Shown: positions 13,266 to 29,087, numbered from the stretch's first letter. The stretch is DNA of 64,000 nucleotides from an uncultured Deinococcaceae bacterium (GCA_964252075.1 CAXULY010000001.1:311787-375786); one strand, 5' to 3'. A program made the numbers and translations. Notes: a model not told the origin generated them from the letters alone.

Positions 13266-14510
13266 GTGAGTTCCGTTCGGCCCTGGCGGCCGTGGCCGTC
13301 GCTGGCTGGGCTGCCCAGAAACGCCGCGAACGCCATCCGCATGGAGCCCCTGTGGGGCGTCTTCGGGACGGTGGTGACGTATTACGCGCCGCTGTACATG
13401 CGGGAAGTGGGCCTGAGCAGCGCGCAGGTGGGCTGGCTGGGGTCCATCACGCTGGCTTTCTCTTTCGTATTTCAGCTGCTGGCGGCGCCCATCACGAACC
13501 GTGTGGGGCGGCGCCGCACCACCCTGTTCGGGGACCTGATCTCGTGGACGGTGCCGATGTTCGTGTGGGCCGTCTCGAACAGCTTCACGTCCTTCCTGAT
13601 CGCGGCGGTCCTGAGTGCCAGTGGGCGCATCGTGGCGGTGTCGTGGAGCCTCCTCGTCATTGAGGATGTGGAGGAGGGCCAGCGCGCGCGGGTGTTCGGC
13701 ATCCTGAACCTCATCATCGCGACGTGCGGTCTGCTCGCGCCGCTGGTGGGCGTCGTGATGAAGCAGTACGGGGTGGAGCCTACCTTGCGCGCGTACTACG
13801 CGCTGGGCGGGGTGGGCATGACGGTGATGTTCCTGTGGCGCAACGCCCTCACGCAGGAGACGGCGCGCGGGGAGGCCGCCATGCTGGAGCACCGGGACCT
13901 GCACCCGTGGCAGAGCCTCACGCACACGCTGGCGCAGGTGACGCAGCTGCACCGCCACCCGGGCCTGCCGGGCGTCATGGCGTTTTATGTGCTGAGCGTG
14001 TTCCTGGAGCAGCTGGGCCTGTTCCAGATTCTGTTCTTCGGGGAGACGCTGCACTTCAGCGCGGCGGCGCTGTCCTCAGTGCCGGTGGCGGGCGCGCTGG
14101 TCGCCATGCTGATGTACGGCCTGGTGCTGCGCCGCCTGGGAGGCGTGCCCGCCGAGCGGACGCTCGTGATTTCGCGCGTGCTGGGTCTGGTGGGGGCGGC
14201 GCTGGTGCTGGTCATTCCGGCGGGGAACGTGCCGGTCCTGATGCTGGTGGCGAGCGTGCTGGCCGCCGCGACCTTCCTGACGCAGACGTACCGGGACGCC
14301 GTGCTGTTCGCGCGGTTGCCCGCGCGGGGCGGGGCGGATCTGTACTCGGCGGCGCAGACCCTGAGCCTGCTGGCGTCGGTGCCGGCGGGCGCGCTGGGCG
14401 GCGCGGTCTTTCACGTGCAGCCGCGCGCGCTGTTCGTGCTGATCGCGCTGCTGAACGTGGGTCTGCTGGTGCTCGCGGCGCTGCTGGCGCGGCCGCGCGC
14501 CGGGCGCTGA
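13266..14510 (+). CDS. MFS transporter
   Basis: About 12 hydrophobic segments, ITNRVGRRR motif A. Confidence 0.85.
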   Translation: MSSVRPWRPWPSLAGLPRNAANAIRMEPLWGVFGTVVTYYAPLYMREVGLSSAQVGWLGSITLAFSFVFQLLAAPITNRVGRRRTTLFGDLISWTVPMFVWAVSNSFTSFLIAAVLSASGRIVAVSWSLLVIEDVEEGQRARVFGILNLIIATCGLLAPLVGVVMKQYGVEPTLRAYYALGGVGMTVMFLWRNALTQETARGEAAMLEHRDLHPWQSLTHTLAQVTQLHRHPGLPGVMAFYVLSVFLEQLGLFQILFFGETLHFSAAALSSVPVAGALVAMLMYGLVLRRLGGVPAERTLVISRVLGLVGAALVLVIPAGNVPVLMLVASVLAAATFLTQTYRDAVLFARLPARGGADLYSAAQTLSLLASVPAGALGGAVFHVQPRALFVLIALLNVGLLVLAALLARPRAGR

Positions 14511-14511
14511 T

Positions 14512-14718
14512 TCAGCTGCTGCTGCGGTCCCGGGGGACGCGGTTGCCGGGCCGGGTGAGGCGCCAGATGGTCACGGCGTTCACGACCGCCATGACGGCGC
14601 ACACGGCGGTGATGACCCAGTTGCCCAGCGTGGCGGTGCGGACGCCGACCACCACCCACAGCACGATCAGCACGCCGGAGATCCAGAGGCGCAGGGTGCG
14701 GGCGCGGGCGTCGGTCAT
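14512..14718 (-). CDS. Small two-TM membrane protein
   Basis: 68 aa with two hydrophobic helices, fills intergenic gap. Confidence 0.6.
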   Translation of the reverse strand: MTDARARTLRLWISGVLIVLWVVVGVRTATLGNWVITAVCAVMAVVNAVTIWRLTRPGNRVPRDRSSS

Positions 14719-14809
14719 GACTGCATGATGGCGCGCGAACGCAGGACAAATGGCATCAAAGTCGTATTTGCTTTAAGGCTTTTGCGGCTTTAAACTAGGA
14801 ACGATTCTT

Positions 14810-15265
14810 ATGTGGGTATCGACGAAGGCACAGTACGGACTGCGGGCGCTCATCGAGATCGGCAAGCGGCCAGGCGACGCTGTGCCGCTCAAGGACGTCG
14901 CCCAGCAGCAGGACATCAGCCAGCATTACCTGGAGCAGATCGCCAGCAACCTGCGCCGCGCGGGGTTCATCCGCAGCGTGCGCGGCGCGCACGGCGGGTA
15001 CCGACTCTCTCGCCCGCCCGAGCAGATCAACGCGTGGGACGTCGTGGTGGCGATGGAGGGCAGCCTCGCGCCGGTGAGCTGCCTGGAGGACGAGGCCGCA
15101 TGCACGCGCGCGGGCAGTTGCGCCACGGAGGGCCTGTGGCGTCGGGTAGAGGACGCGGTGCGCGGCGTGTTGTCCGCCACGAGCCTCGCGGACCTCATCC
15201 GTGAGAACATCACCATCGAGCACGGGCAGCTGGTGCAGCTGGAGGCCGCGCCCGCCCTGAATTGA
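14810..15265 (+). CDS. Rrf2-family transcriptional regulator with three Fe-S Cys (IscR-like)
   Basis: STKAQYGLRAL, YLEQI, SVRGAHGGY, C-x6-C-x5-C. Confidence 0.9.
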   Translation: MWVSTKAQYGLRALIEIGKRPGDAVPLKDVAQQQDISQHYLEQIASNLRRAGFIRSVRGAHGGYRLSRPPEQINAWDVVVAMEGSLAPVSCLEDEAACTRAGSCATEGLWRRVEDAVRGVLSATSLADLIRENITIEHGQLVQLEAAPALN

Positions 15266-15323
15266 GGGAAGTGTGTGGGGCGGGCGGGCCGAGTGGTCCG
15301 CCCGCTTCGCTATGCTGCCTGTG

Positions 15324-16406
15324 ATGCTGTACGAGCAAGTCGTGAAGCCGCTGCTGTTCCGCCTGGACGCGGAGGACGCGCACCACCTCACCCTGCGCGG
15401 CCTGAGGGTGGCCGGGCGGGTGCCCCTGCTGCCCCACGCCGCTGGGCTGATGGGCGCCCGTCACGCCAGCCTGGAGCTGGATCTCCTCGGGCGGCGCTTC
15501 CTGAACCCGCTGGGCCTCGCGGCGGGCCTCGACAAGAACGCGGACGCCGTGCCCATGTTCGGCGCGTTCGGCTTCGGGTTCCTGGAGGTGGGGACGGTCA
15601 CGCCGCGCCCGCAGCCCGGCAACCCCCGCCCGCGTCTGTTCCGGCTGCCGAGCGACACGGCGCTCATCAACCGCATGGGCTTCAACAATTTGGGCGCGGA
15701 GGTCGTGGCGGCTCGCCTCGCCGCGCGACCCGCGAGCCCGGTTCAAGTCTGGGCGAACATCGGGAAGAACAAGGACACCCCGAACGAGAACGCGGCGGAC
15801 GATTACCGCGCGTGCGTGCGCGCCCTGCAACCATCCGCGGACGCGTTCGTGGTGAACGTGTCCAGCCCGAACACGCCGGGCCTGCGCGCCCTACAGGCGG
15901 GCGAGGACCTGCGCGCGCTGCTGGGTGAGGTGCTGGCCGAGGTGGAGGCGCAGCGCGTGCGCCTCGTGCGGCCCGCGCCGCCCGTGCTCGTGAAGATCGC
16001 GCCGGACCTGAGCCCCGAGGACCACGAGCTGAGCGTGCAGGCGGCGGTGGAGGCGGGCGTGCAGGGCCTCGTGGTGAGCAACACCACCCTCAGCCGCGAG
16101 GGCCTCACGCACGCGCACCGGGGGGAGGCCGGGGGCCTGAGCGGCCTGCCGCTGCAGGCGCGCAGCACCGCGATGGTGCGCGCGACGCGACGACTTACCA
16201 CCCTGCCCATCGTGGGGGTGGGGGGCGTGTTCACCGCGGAGGATGCGTACGAGAAGATCCGGGCGGGCGCGAACCTCGTGGAGGTGTACACCGCGCTGAT
16301 CTACAAGGGGCCGCTGCTGGTCCGGGAGATCAACATGGGCCTCGCGCGCCTGCTCGCGCGCGATGGGTTCCGAAACGTGGCGGAAGCGGTCGGCACGGAC
16401 GCGTAA
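15324..16406 (+). CDS. pyrD: Quinone-dependent dihydroorotate dehydrogenase (class 2)
   Basis: GLAAGLDKN, INRMGFNN, NIGKNK, NVSSPNTPGLR, GGLSG. Confidence 0.95.
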   Translation: MLYEQVVKPLLFRLDAEDAHHLTLRGLRVAGRVPLLPHAAGLMGARHASLELDLLGRRFLNPLGLAAGLDKNADAVPMFGAFGFGFLEVGTVTPRPQPGNPRPRLFRLPSDTALINRMGFNNLGAEVVAARLAARPASPVQVWANIGKNKDTPNENAADDYRACVRALQPSADAFVVNVSSPNTPGLRALQAGEDLRALLGEVLAEVEAQRVRLVRPAPPVLVKIAPDLSPEDHELSVQAAVEAGVQGLVVSNTTLSREGLTHAHRGEAGGLSGLPLQARSTAMVRATRRLTTLPIVGVGGVFTAEDAYEKIRAGANLVEVYTALIYKGPLLVREINMGLARLLARDGFRNVAEAVGTDA

Positions 16407-16456
16407 GCGAGGGGAGGGGCAGCCGGACTGGCCGCCCCTCCCCTTTTTCCTTGCCT

Positions 16457-17713
16457 TCAGTCGCGCTGGTACGCGACGCGCCCGCCCACGAGGGTCAGCA
16501 CGGGCCAGCCCTTCAGGGTCTCCCCCGCCCACGGGCTGAACTTCGCCTTGCTCCTGAAGGTCGCGGGCTGCACCTCGCGGCCCGTCTCCAGATCCAGCAC
16601 GGTGAGGTCGGCGGGCCGCCCGGCCTCCAGGCTGGGGGCGTCCCAGCCCATCACGCGGGCGGGGCCGACCGTGAGCAGGTCCACGAGCTTCTGCAGGCCG
16701 AGCGCCTCCCCGAAGTGCGTCCACATGAGCGGGAACGCCACTTCGATGCTGGGGATGCCGAAGGGCGCGTCCATGAGGTCGCGTTCCTTCTCCGCCTGCG
16801 TGTGCGGCGCGTGGTCGGTGGCGAGGCAGTCCACGGTGCCGTCCTTCAGGCCCGCGAGGAGCGCGTCGGCGTCCGCCTGCGTGCGGAGGGGCGGCGCGAC
16901 CTTGTAGATCGCGTCGAAGGAGCGCAGGGCCTCGTCCGTGAGGGTCAGGTGGTGCGGGCACACCTCGCACGTCACGGGCACCCCGCGCTGCTTGGCACCG
17001 CGCACCAGCGCGAGCGCGCGCGCGGTGGAGAGGTGCTGCACGTGAAGGCGCGCGCCCGTGAGCGCCGCGATCTCGATGTCGCGCGCCACGCGCGCCGCCT
17101 CCGCCGCCCAGGGGTTGCCCGGCAGGCCGAGCGCCTCGCTGACCGCGCCCTCGTGCATAACGCCCCCGGCGCGCAGGGTGGCGTCCTCGGCGTGCACGGA
17201 CACGATCATGCCGAGGCTCTGCGCGGACTCCAGGCCGAGGCGCAGCACGCGCGCGTCCTCGTTCGTGCGCCCGTCGTCCGTGAACATCGCGGCGCCCGCC
17301 TCGCGCAGCAGGGTGAGTTCCGCGAGTTCCTGCCCGGCCTGCCCTTTCGTGAGGGCGGCGGCAGGGCGCAGGCGCGCGAAGCCCAGGCCCTCGGCCTTCT
17401 CGATGAGGGCGCGCACGAGGGCGGGGTCGTCCACGACGGGCGAGGTGTTCGGCATGCTCACGACAGTGCCGTACCCTCCGGCGGCGGCGGCGGCGAGGCC
17501 GGAGGTGAGGTCTTCCTTCTCCTCCTGGCCGGGCTCGCGCAAGTGCGCGTGCAACTCCAGGAAGGCGGGCACGACGGTGCCGCCCCGCCCGTCGAGGGTC
17601 TGGTCGGCGGTGCGGTCGAGGTTCCAGCCGACGATGCGCCCATCCTCGATGAAGAGGGTCTCGGTGGTGCTGCCGCCGTGGCGCTTGATGTTGGTGAGTT
17701 GGATGGTGGTCAT
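16457..17713 (-). CDS. pyrC: Dihydroorotase
   Basis: [30 protein letters not shown]. Confidence 0.95.
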   Translation of the reverse strand: MTTIQLTNIKRHGGSTTETLFIEDGRIVGWNLDRTADQTLDGRGGTVVPAFLELHAHLREPGQEEKEDLTSGLAAAAAGGYGTVVSMPNTSPVVDDPALVRALIEKAEGLGFARLRPAAALTKGQAGQELAELTLLREAGAAMFTDDGRTNEDARVLRLGLESAQSLGMIVSVHAEDATLRAGGVMHEGAVSEALGLPGNPWAAEAARVARDIEIAALTGARLHVQHLSTARALALVRGAKQRGVPVTCEVCPHHLTLTDEALRSFDAIYKVAPPLRTQADADALLAGLKDGTVDCLATDHAPHTQAEKERDLMDAPFGIPSIEVAFPLMWTHFGEALGLQKLVDLLTVGPARVMGWDAPSLEAGRPADLTVLDLETGREVQPATFRSKAKFSPWAGETLKGWPVLTLVGGRVAYQRD

Positions 17714-17721
17714 GGTGCTCC

Positions 17722-19385
<1,664 letters not shown>

Positions 19386-19410
19386 TCATCGACGCTCAAA
19401 GCTCAGTTAA

Positions 19411-19440
19411 CTTGACAACTTAGCACTCAGGTTTTAACAT
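19411..19440 (+). promoter_or_regulatory. hsp20 promoter overlapped by HAIR-like (HspR) operator
   Basis: TTGACA N17 TAACAT; CTTGACA-N7-ACTCAGG versus HAIR CTTGAGT-N7-ACTCAAG. Confidence 0.7.
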
Positions 19441-19464
19441 GGCTGTGTAAGAGGTGATCTGAAC

Positions 19465-19908
19465 ATGATGCGATTTGATCCGTTTCGTGAAATCGAGGAA
19501 CTGAGCCAGCGCGTGGACCGCATGTTCAACCAGGGCGGCAACAGCCCCGCCCGTTTCGCGCCCACCGTGGACGTGCACGAGGACGACCGGGGCCTGGAGA
19601 TCGGCCTGGACCTGCCCGGCGTGAAGGCCGAGGACATCAGTGTCGAGGCGGAGAACAACACCCTGACCGTGCAGGCCGAGCGCAAGTACGAGCGCCAGGA
19701 AGGCCGCACCGCGCACCGCGTGGAGCGCGCCTACGGGCAGTTCGTGCGCAGCTTCAGCGTGCCCGCCAAGTACGACCTCGGCAAGATCCAGGCGAACTTC
19801 GACAACGGCGCCCTGACCATCGTCATTCCGCGCAGTGAGTCCGCGCAGAAGCGCAGCATCACCGTGAACAGCGGCCGCACCCTGGAGAACAAGCCCAGCG
19901 AGGCCTGA
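19465..19908 (+). CDS. Hsp20/alpha-crystallin small heat shock protein
   Basis: RFDPFRE, DLPGV, ERAYGQFVRSF, NGALTIVIP. Confidence 0.95.
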   Translation: MMRFDPFREIEELSQRVDRMFNQGGNSPARFAPTVDVHEDDRGLEIGLDLPGVKAEDISVEAENNTLTVQAERKYERQEGRTAHRVERAYGQFVRSFSVPAKYDLGKIQANFDNGALTIVIPRSESAQKRSITVNSGRTLENKPSEA

Positions 19909-19912
19909 ATCC

Positions 19913-19962
19913 ACTGGCATAAAGGAAGCCGCCCAAAACAGGGCGGCTTCCTTTATGCCAGT
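19913..19962. terminator. Bidirectional terminator between hsp20 and parA-like gene
   Basis: Perfect 22-bp arms actggcataaaggaagccgccc / gggcggcttcctttatgccagt. Confidence 0.85.
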
Positions 19963-20579
19963 TCGCGCGCGAGCGCCTGCATGTCCTCCCACGCCGCCTG
20001 CGCGCTCGCGCCGGGCAGGTCGCGCACCAGCGTGCCCGCCTCCGCCGCGCGGGTGTACGGCGCGTACGCTCGCACGAGGGTGTTGCACACCGTGAGGCCC
20101 GCCTCGCGCAGGTCCTCGCGGGCCTCCTCGCCCGCGCGGCCCACGGGCGGCACGCGCGTGAGCACCGCGCGCGTGTGCCGCGCGGCGCCCGCTTCTTCAC
20201 AGAGGTACTCCACCGCCGCGAGTGTCGCCTCCAGTTCCAGCGCGCTCACGCCGCTCGGCACCAGGACGAGGTCCGCCTCGTCCGCGATGCGGCGCAGCTC
20301 CTTGCGTTTCGGGCGGCCCTCGGTGTCCATCACCACGAAATCCGAGCGCTCCACGCGGCTCTTCTTCACGTCCTCGGCGGCCTGCACCGCGAAGCCCAGC
20401 GGGGGGCTGCCGTTGCGCTCGCCGCGCGCCGCCCAGCGCGCGCACGACCCGATGCGGCCGTCCTCGTCGATCAGCAGGACGCTGGCGTCCAGGGCCGCGA
20501 GGGCCCCCGCGAGGTGCATGGCGAGTGTGCTCTTGCCCACGCCGCCCTTGTCCGACGTGACCGCGATCAGCCGAGGCAT
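19953..20579 (-). CDS. Short ParA-family ATPase (orphan)
   Basis: Deviant Walker A KGGVGKST, VVMDT, ADLVLVP. Confidence 0.88.
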   Translation of the reverse strand: MPRLIAVTSDKGGVGKSTLAMHLAGALAALDASVLLIDEDGRIGSCARWAARGERNGSPPLGFAVQAAEDVKKSRVERSDFVVMDTEGRPKRKELRRIADEADLVLVPSGVSALELEATLAAVEYLCEEAGAARHTRAVLTRVPPVGRAGEEAREDLREAGLTVCNTLVRAYAPYTRAAEAGTLVRDLPGASAQAAWEDMQALARELA

Positions 20580-20614
20580 GCGCTGAGCGTAGCGTAGATT
20601 GGTCAGGGTCAAGC

Positions 20615-20818
20615 ATGCCGGATCACCTCGCCGAACTCCTGTCCGCCGAACCGTACCGCGTGAGCGTCGCCATGCGGCGCCTCGGCAGTCACTTCTACCG
20701 CGCGCTCGCGGACGCGCTCGACCGCGCGGACGCCCGCAACCGCCGCCTGCTGCTGGAAACCTGGGCGGAACCCATCTGGGCGCTGTACGACCGGGGCCGC
20801 GACCTGCCGGACGAGTGA
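20615..20818 (+). CDS. Small hypothetical protein (67 aa)
   Basis: GC3-rich codons, helical pattern MRRLGSHFYRALADALDRADARN. Confidence 0.7.
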   Translation: MPDHLAELLSAEPYRVSVAMRRLGSHFYRALADALDRADARNRRLLLETWAEPIWALYDRGRDLPDE

Positions 20819-20853
20819 CGGCCGGCGGGCGCAAAGCGAGTAGACTCGGCCTC

Positions 20854-21681
20854 ATGAATCCCACGCCCACCCTGCTGGCGGTGTTCGCGCACCCCGATGA
20901 CGAAGCCTTCTCGAGCGGCGGCACCCTCGCGCATTACGCTTCGCTGGGCGTGAAGGTCGTGCTGGCCTGCGCCACGCGCGGCGAGGCGGGCAAGATCACG
21001 GACCCCAACCTGAAAGGCATCGAGGACCTCGGGCGCCAGCGCGAGCAGGAACTCAAGGACGCCTGCCGCGCCCTCGGCATTCCGGACCCGGTGTTCCTGG
21101 ACTTCCATGACAGTGGCCGCGCGGAGCGCACGCGCTTCAACGACCCGAAGGCCCTCATGAACGTGGACCCGCTGGATGTGGAGCCCCGCATCCGCGCGCT
21201 CATTGAGGAGCACGCCCCGCAGGTGATGCTGACCTTCGACCCGCATGGCGGGTACGGGCACATCGATCACCTCGTGATTCACCGCGCGGCCACCGCCGCG
21301 TTCTTCTCCACCGGACACCTCCCCCAGCCGCCGCAGCGCCTGTACTTCACGGCGCTGAGCAGCGAGGCCGCGCAGGGCCTCGCGCGCTTCAACCCCGGCA
21401 ACGACCCCCTGGTGTACGGCGTGTCGGAAGGCACGGTCGCGGTGCGGCTGGACGTGAGCGCGTACGGGGAGCGCAAGCAGGAGGCGCTGCGCGCGCACGG
21501 CACGCAGACCGGGCCGGAGAGCCGCATGGCGCAGGCGGACCCCGCCGAGCGCGAGGTGTTCATGCGGCGCCTGATCGGCACGGAGACCTTCTCCATCGGC
21601 GGCACGCGCACCGGCATCCTGCGCTACCCGCTGCGCGGCTTCTTCGACGGCCTGGAAGGCTTCGAGGGCATCGACATCTGA
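20854..21681 (+). CDS. PIG-L family deacetylase (BshB/MshB-like)
   Basis: [20 protein letters not shown]. Confidence 0.9.
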   Translation: MNPTPTLLAVFAHPDDEAFSSGGTLAHYASLGVKVVLACATRGEAGKITDPNLKGIEDLGRQREQELKDACRALGIPDPVFLDFHDSGRAERTRFNDPKALMNVDPLDVEPRIRALIEEHAPQVMLTFDPHGGYGHIDHLVIHRAATAAFFSTGHLPQPPQRLYFTALSSEAAQGLARFNPGNDPLVYGVSEGTVAVRLDVSAYGERKQEALRAHGTQTGPESRMAQADPAEREVFMRRLIGTETFSIGGTRTGILRYPLRGFFDGLEGFEGIDI

Positions 21682-21740
21682 GGCCGGACGCCGCCGGAAG
21701 TCACGGTTTTCCCGCGCCCAGTGCGCGAGAATGGGGGCTG

Positions 21741-22031
21741 ATGGCGTCGTCAACACCCATGTGCGAGCTGTGCGGGCGCGCGGTGCCCCGCGTCACCGAA
21801 CACCACCTCGTGCCGCGCTCCCAGGGGCGCCGCCGTGGCCTCAAGGTGCAGGCCCTCCCGACCGCGTGGCTGTGCCCCGCGTGCCACAAGACCCTGCACC
21901 GCCTGTTCACGAACGATGAGCTGGCGCGCGAGTACGGCAGCCTGGAAGCGCTGCAGGGCCACGAGGACGTGCAGCGCTTCGTGAAGTGGGTGCAGAAGCA
22001 GCCGGGCAGCAAGGGCGTGCGCGTGCGCTGA
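21741..22031 (+). CDS. Small HNH endonuclease-like protein
   Basis: CELC...HHLVP...CPACH. Confidence 0.8.
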   Translation: MASSTPMCELCGRAVPRVTEHHLVPRSQGRRRGLKVQALPTAWLCPACHKTLHRLFTNDELAREYGSLEALQGHEDVQRFVKWVQKQPGSKGVRVR

Positions 22032-22076
22032 CCGGATGAGGAGGGGTAGGCGGTGAGCCGCCCACCCGTACCTCAG

Positions 22077-24203
<2,127 letters not shown>

Positions 24204-24273
24204 TCACAGGATTCGCTATACTTTCCTTTGGGTTTTTCGGTCCCAAGCAATGTACGGTTCCAGGAGGAACATC

Positions 24274-25371
<1,098 letters not shown>

Positions 25372-25414
25372 GGCGGGACCACCGGAAGGACGCCCCACGC
25401 GTGGGGCGCCCTTC

Positions 25415-26440
25415 TCATTTGCGGTGCGCGCCGGGCGGGTACAGGATCAGCGCGAGCGGCAGGTTCGAGCCGCTCGCGGGCGTGAATTGCAGGTGCAGGT
25501 CACCGCGCGCGCGCCACAGGAACGCCACGGCGGCGGGGTCCGTGAGGCCCGCACCGGACCCGATCAGCACCTGCTGCTCGCGCGGTCCGTCCCGCACGCC
25601 CAGCAGGCCGCGGTACGCGCCGCCGCGCGGCGAGGCGGCCAGCACGCTGCCCGCGCTGCCCGTGAGCCGCAGGTCGTACAGCACGCCGTAATTGCCTGCC
25701 AGCCTCTGGGCGGCGCCCGTGAGGGCGTCCGTGCCGGTCAGGACGGGGTCGTCCTGACCGCCGAGCACCAGGCGCGCGGGCCGCTGCGTGACGTTCACGA
25801 GCAGGCTGCGGTTCGCGCCGGGGAAGGTGCCGCGCTGGTGCGTGCCGTCCGGCGGCAGGACCGGCAGCGCTTCCGGCGCGCGGCCTGGCGCCACGTCCGC
25901 GCCGAGCAGCACCACGCTGACCTCGGTGGGGGCGCCCGCCGTGAAATCCAGCATGGCGCTCACCACGGCGCCCGGCTGCACCGGGCCGGAATCGAACAGC
26001 ACCGCCCGGGCGCCCGGCGCGACGGCGCGCTCCGGCTGGGGTCGCGACGCGAAGTACCGCAGCAGGCTCTGCTGCCCCACCAGCGGGTCCGGTCCGCCCG
26101 TCACGCCGCCGCCGCGCCGCGTGACCGTGAGGGTCACGGGCGCGCCCCCCGGGTTGCGCGCGATGACCTGCACGCGCGCCACGCCCGCCGTGCCGTTCGC
26201 GTGGTACGCCAGCACGCGCGCGGCGCCATTCACGGTGTCGCGGTACAGCACGCCGCTGCGCGCGGGCGTCTCCGGGGAGTCGGAGAACAGCAGCGTCACG
26301 GGCGGCGCGGGCCGCACCTGCATGTCCAGCTGCGGGTACGTCAGGATGTGCGGGTCGCGCGGCAGCGCGGGCCCCACGAACTGCGCCGCGGCGCGCGCGC
26401 AGGCCAGCGCCAGCAGGGCCAGCAGGCGGCGCACGAGCAC
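25415..26440 (-). CDS. Secreted hypothetical protein (FSDSPE / GNYGVLY motifs, DUF3370-like)
   Basis: Signal peptide RRLLALLALACARAAA; LLFSDSPE, RGTF, GNYGVLY; start uncertain. Confidence 0.65.
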   Translation of the reverse strand: MLVRRLLALLALACARAAAQFVGPALPRDPHILTYPQLDMQVRPAPPVTLLFSDSPETPARSGVLYRDTVNGAARVLAYHANGTAGVARVQVIARNPGGAPVTLTVTRRGGGVTGGPDPLVGQQSLLRYFASRPQPERAVAPGARAVLFDSGPVQPGAVVSAMLDFTAGAPTEVSVVLLGADVAPGRAPEALPVLPPDGTHQRGTFPGANRSLLVNVTQRPARLVLGGQDDPVLTGTDALTGAAQRLAGNYGVLYDLRLTGSAGSVLAASPRGGAYRGLLGVRDGPREQQVLIGSGAGLTDPAAVAFLWRARGDLHLQFTPASGSNLPLALILYPPGAHRK

Positions 26441-26445
26441 CGGAT

Positions 26446-27303
26446 TCAGCGGAGCGTGACGGGCGCGGTGGGCGCCGCGGCGTCGGCGCGGTCGGCGGGC
26501 GTGAACCAGAAGCGCAGCAGGCGCGGCACCCACTCGGTCGCCATCAGGACCGTCACCGCGTAGCGCACGCCCGTCACGAGGCCCCCGTGCCGCAGGGACT
26601 CCGGCAGCACCCGGAACACCAGGTACGTCGCGAACACCAGCACGAGCCCCACGACCGCCACGCCAACGCGCGCGGGCCACGAGCGCGGCGCGCCGAACGC
26701 CCCGCGCGTGAACCAGAAGCCCGCCAGCAACCCCAGGCCCGGCGCGTAATCCGGCAGGGGCGTCGCCACCGCGAGCGCCAGCAGCGGCACCAGCCACCAG
26801 CCCCACCCCAGCTGCGGGTAACGCAGGCGCAGCAGCAACGCCACCGCCGCTGCGCCCAGCAGCCAGCCCACCAGCACGTCCGACGGGAAGTGCACGCCCA
26901 GCACCAGGCGCGACACGCCCACCAGGAACGTCACGATGACCGCCACCCACCAGAACCAGCGCCGCCCCACCTGCCACGCCGCGCCGCCCCACAGCGTCGC
27001 GATGATCTGCGCGTGCCCGCTCGGCAGGCCCGGCCCGCCCGCCGTCGCCTTCGCCGCGTCGGACGCCACCGCGGGGTCGCTGAAGAACGGGCGCGGCTCG
27101 TTCAGGCCGAGCTTCAGGACGGTGTTCAACAGGTAACTCACCGCGAAGGTGATGCCAAGCGCCCTGCCGCCCCGCGGGTTCACCAGCCAGTAGTACAGGG
27201 CGACCGTCACGATCAGCAGGTTGTCGGAACCCAGGCTGGTGATGCTGAGCCACAGGCGCTCCGGGCCGTCCAGCGCGGCATGCAAGGTATGAACGAGGTC
27301 CAT
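26446..27303 (-). CDS. PAP2-family membrane phosphatase
   Basis: K-x6-RP, PSGH, SRLVLGVHFPSDV. Confidence 0.9.
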   Translation of the reverse strand: MDLVHTLHAALDGPERLWLSITSLGSDNLLIVTVALYYWLVNPRGGRALGITFAVSYLLNTVLKLGLNEPRPFFSDPAVASDAAKATAGGPGLPSGHAQIIATLWGGAAWQVGRRWFWWVAVIVTFLVGVSRLVLGVHFPSDVLVGWLLGAAAVALLLRLRYPQLGWGWWLVPLLALAVATPLPDYAPGLGLLAGFWFTRGAFGAPRSWPARVGVAVVGLVLVFATYLVFRVLPESLRHGGLVTGVRYAVTVLMATEWVPRLLRFWFTPADRADAAAPTAPVTLR

Positions 27304-27386
27304 GACCCCTCCAGTGTAACCAAATGCACGCTCGCCCGACTGGCAGGTGCACGGCGCGGTGCAGGCGGCGGCGCTACACTGACGGC

Positions 27387-29003
27387 ATGACGGTTTCCTC
27401 CTCGGTCGAGGGCGTGCTGCACGCGGGCCAGGCCCACCAGTCGCCGCTCGCCATCGAACTGCGCGGCATCACCAAGCGCTTCCCGCTGGTGCTCGCCAAC
27501 GACGACATCAGCCTGCAGGTGCGGTGGGGCAGCGTGCACGCCCTCGTCGGCGAGAACGGCGCGGGCAAAAGCACCCTGATGAAGATCATCTACGGGATGC
27601 AGCCGCCCACCAGCGGCGAGATCATCGTAGACGGACGCCCCGTGACGCTGCGCGACCCGAAGGAAGCCATCGCGCTCGGGATTGGCATGGTGCACCAGCA
27701 CTTCATGCTCGTGGAGCCCCTCACCGTCACGGACAACGTGATCCTCGGCGCGGAACCCGGCAGCGCCGCCCGCATCGATTACGGCCGCGCGCGGCGCCGC
27801 GTCGCGGAACTCATCAAGCAGTTCGGCTTCGACCTCGACCCGGACGCCAAGATCGAGGACCTCCCCGTGGGCCTCCAGCAGAAAGTGGAGATCCTCAAGA
27901 CGCTGTACCGTGGCGCGCGCCTCCTGATCCTCGACGAACCCACCGCCGTCCTCACGCCCGGCGAGACCGAAGAGCTCTTCGACTTCCTCAAGAACCAGTA
28001 CGCCAAGGCGGGCAACAGCGTGATCTTCATCTCGCACAAGCTGCACGAGGTGCTGGAGATCTCCGACACCATCAGCGTCATCCGCGACGGCCGCATGATC
28101 GGCACCATCCCCCGCGCGGGCGCCACCACCGAGACGCTCGCCCGCATGATGGTGGGCCGCGACGTGGTGCTGCGCGTCCGCAAGACCGAGGCGAAACCCC
28201 AGGACGTCGCGCTCGACGTGCGCGACGTGTGCGTGCAGAACGAGCACCGCAAGAACGTCGTGGACCACGTGAGCTTCAACGTCCGCGCGGGTGAGATCGT
28301 CGGCATTGCGGGCGTGGAGGGCAACGGGCAGAGTGAACTCGTGGAGGCCATCACGGGCCTCGCCGCCCTCCAGTCCGGTGAGATCCTGTACCAGGGCCAG
28401 CGCCTCGGCACCCGCAACGCCCGCACGGTGTCCGAAGCGGGCGTCTCGCACATCCCCGAGGACCGCAACGAGCGCGGCCTCGTGCTGGAGATGAGCACCG
28501 CCGAGAACTTCATTCTGGGCGAGCAGGACCGCCAGCCCTTCGCGGGCACCCTCGGCCTCCTGAACCTCCCCGAAATCCAGCGGAACGCCGCGAAACTCGC
28601 GGAGGACTACGACGTGCGCCCCCGCTCAACCAGCCTCGAAGCGCGCCGCTACTCCGGCGGGAACGCGCAGAAGATCGTCGTGGCGCGCGAGATGCGCAAG
28701 AACCCCAAGATCCTCGTGGCGAGCCAGCCCACGCGCGGCGTGGACATCGGCGCCATCGAGTTCATCCACAACCAGATCGTCGCGGCGCGCGACCAGGGCC
28801 TCGCGGTGCTCCTCGTGAGCGCCGACCTCGGCGAGGTCATGAACCTCGCGGACCGCATTCTCGTGATGTTCGAGGGCCGCGTGGTCGGCGAGGTGAACGC
28901 CAAGGACGCCACCGAAACGCAACTGGGCCTCATGATGGCGGGCGCAGGGCCAGGAGCGCACAGCAGCGCCCCGGACGGGGAGAAACCAAGTCAGGTGGAA
29001 TGA
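27387..29003 (+). CDS. Nucleoside/sugar (CUT2) ABC transporter ATP-binding protein
   Basis: [35 protein letters not shown]. Confidence 0.92.
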   Translation: MTVSSSVEGVLHAGQAHQSPLAIELRGITKRFPLVLANDDISLQVRWGSVHALVGENGAGKSTLMKIIYGMQPPTSGEIIVDGRPVTLRDPKEAIALGIGMVHQHFMLVEPLTVTDNVILGAEPGSAARIDYGRARRRVAELIKQFGFDLDPDAKIEDLPVGLQQKVEILKTLYRGARLLILDEPTAVLTPGETEELFDFLKNQYAKAGNSVIFISHKLHEVLEISDTISVIRDGRMIGTIPRAGATTETLARMMVGRDVVLRVRKTEAKPQDVALDVRDVCVQNEHRKNVVDHVSFNVRAGEIVGIAGVEGNGQSELVEAITGLAALQSGEILYQGQRLGTRNARTVSEAGVSHIPEDRNERGLVLEMSTAENFILGEQDRQPFAGTLGLLNLPEIQRNAAKLAEDYDVRPRSTSLEARRYSGGNAQKIVVAREMRKNPKILVASQPTRGVDIGAIEFIHNQIVAARDQGLAVLLVSADLGEVMNLADRILVMFEGRVVGEVNAKDATETQLGLMMAGAGPGAHSSAPDGEKPSQVE

Positions 29004-29087
29004 ATTGAGGGGGAGGCCACAGGCCTCCCCCTCCCTTTTCCTGAGCGTTCCGTCACTGTGCGGGGGCTTCGACCCGAGCTCCTCACA

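Noticed and set aside
14770..14793. GCTTTAA direct repeats upstream of the Rrf2 gene as an autoregulatory site
   Set aside because: Short, and do not match a known Rrf2 inverted-repeat pattern that I can support
19913..19962. 22-bp perfect inverted repeat as a MITE or parS site
   Set aside because: Position between convergent stops and the A/T-flanked GC stem fit a bidirectional terminator; no second copy seen
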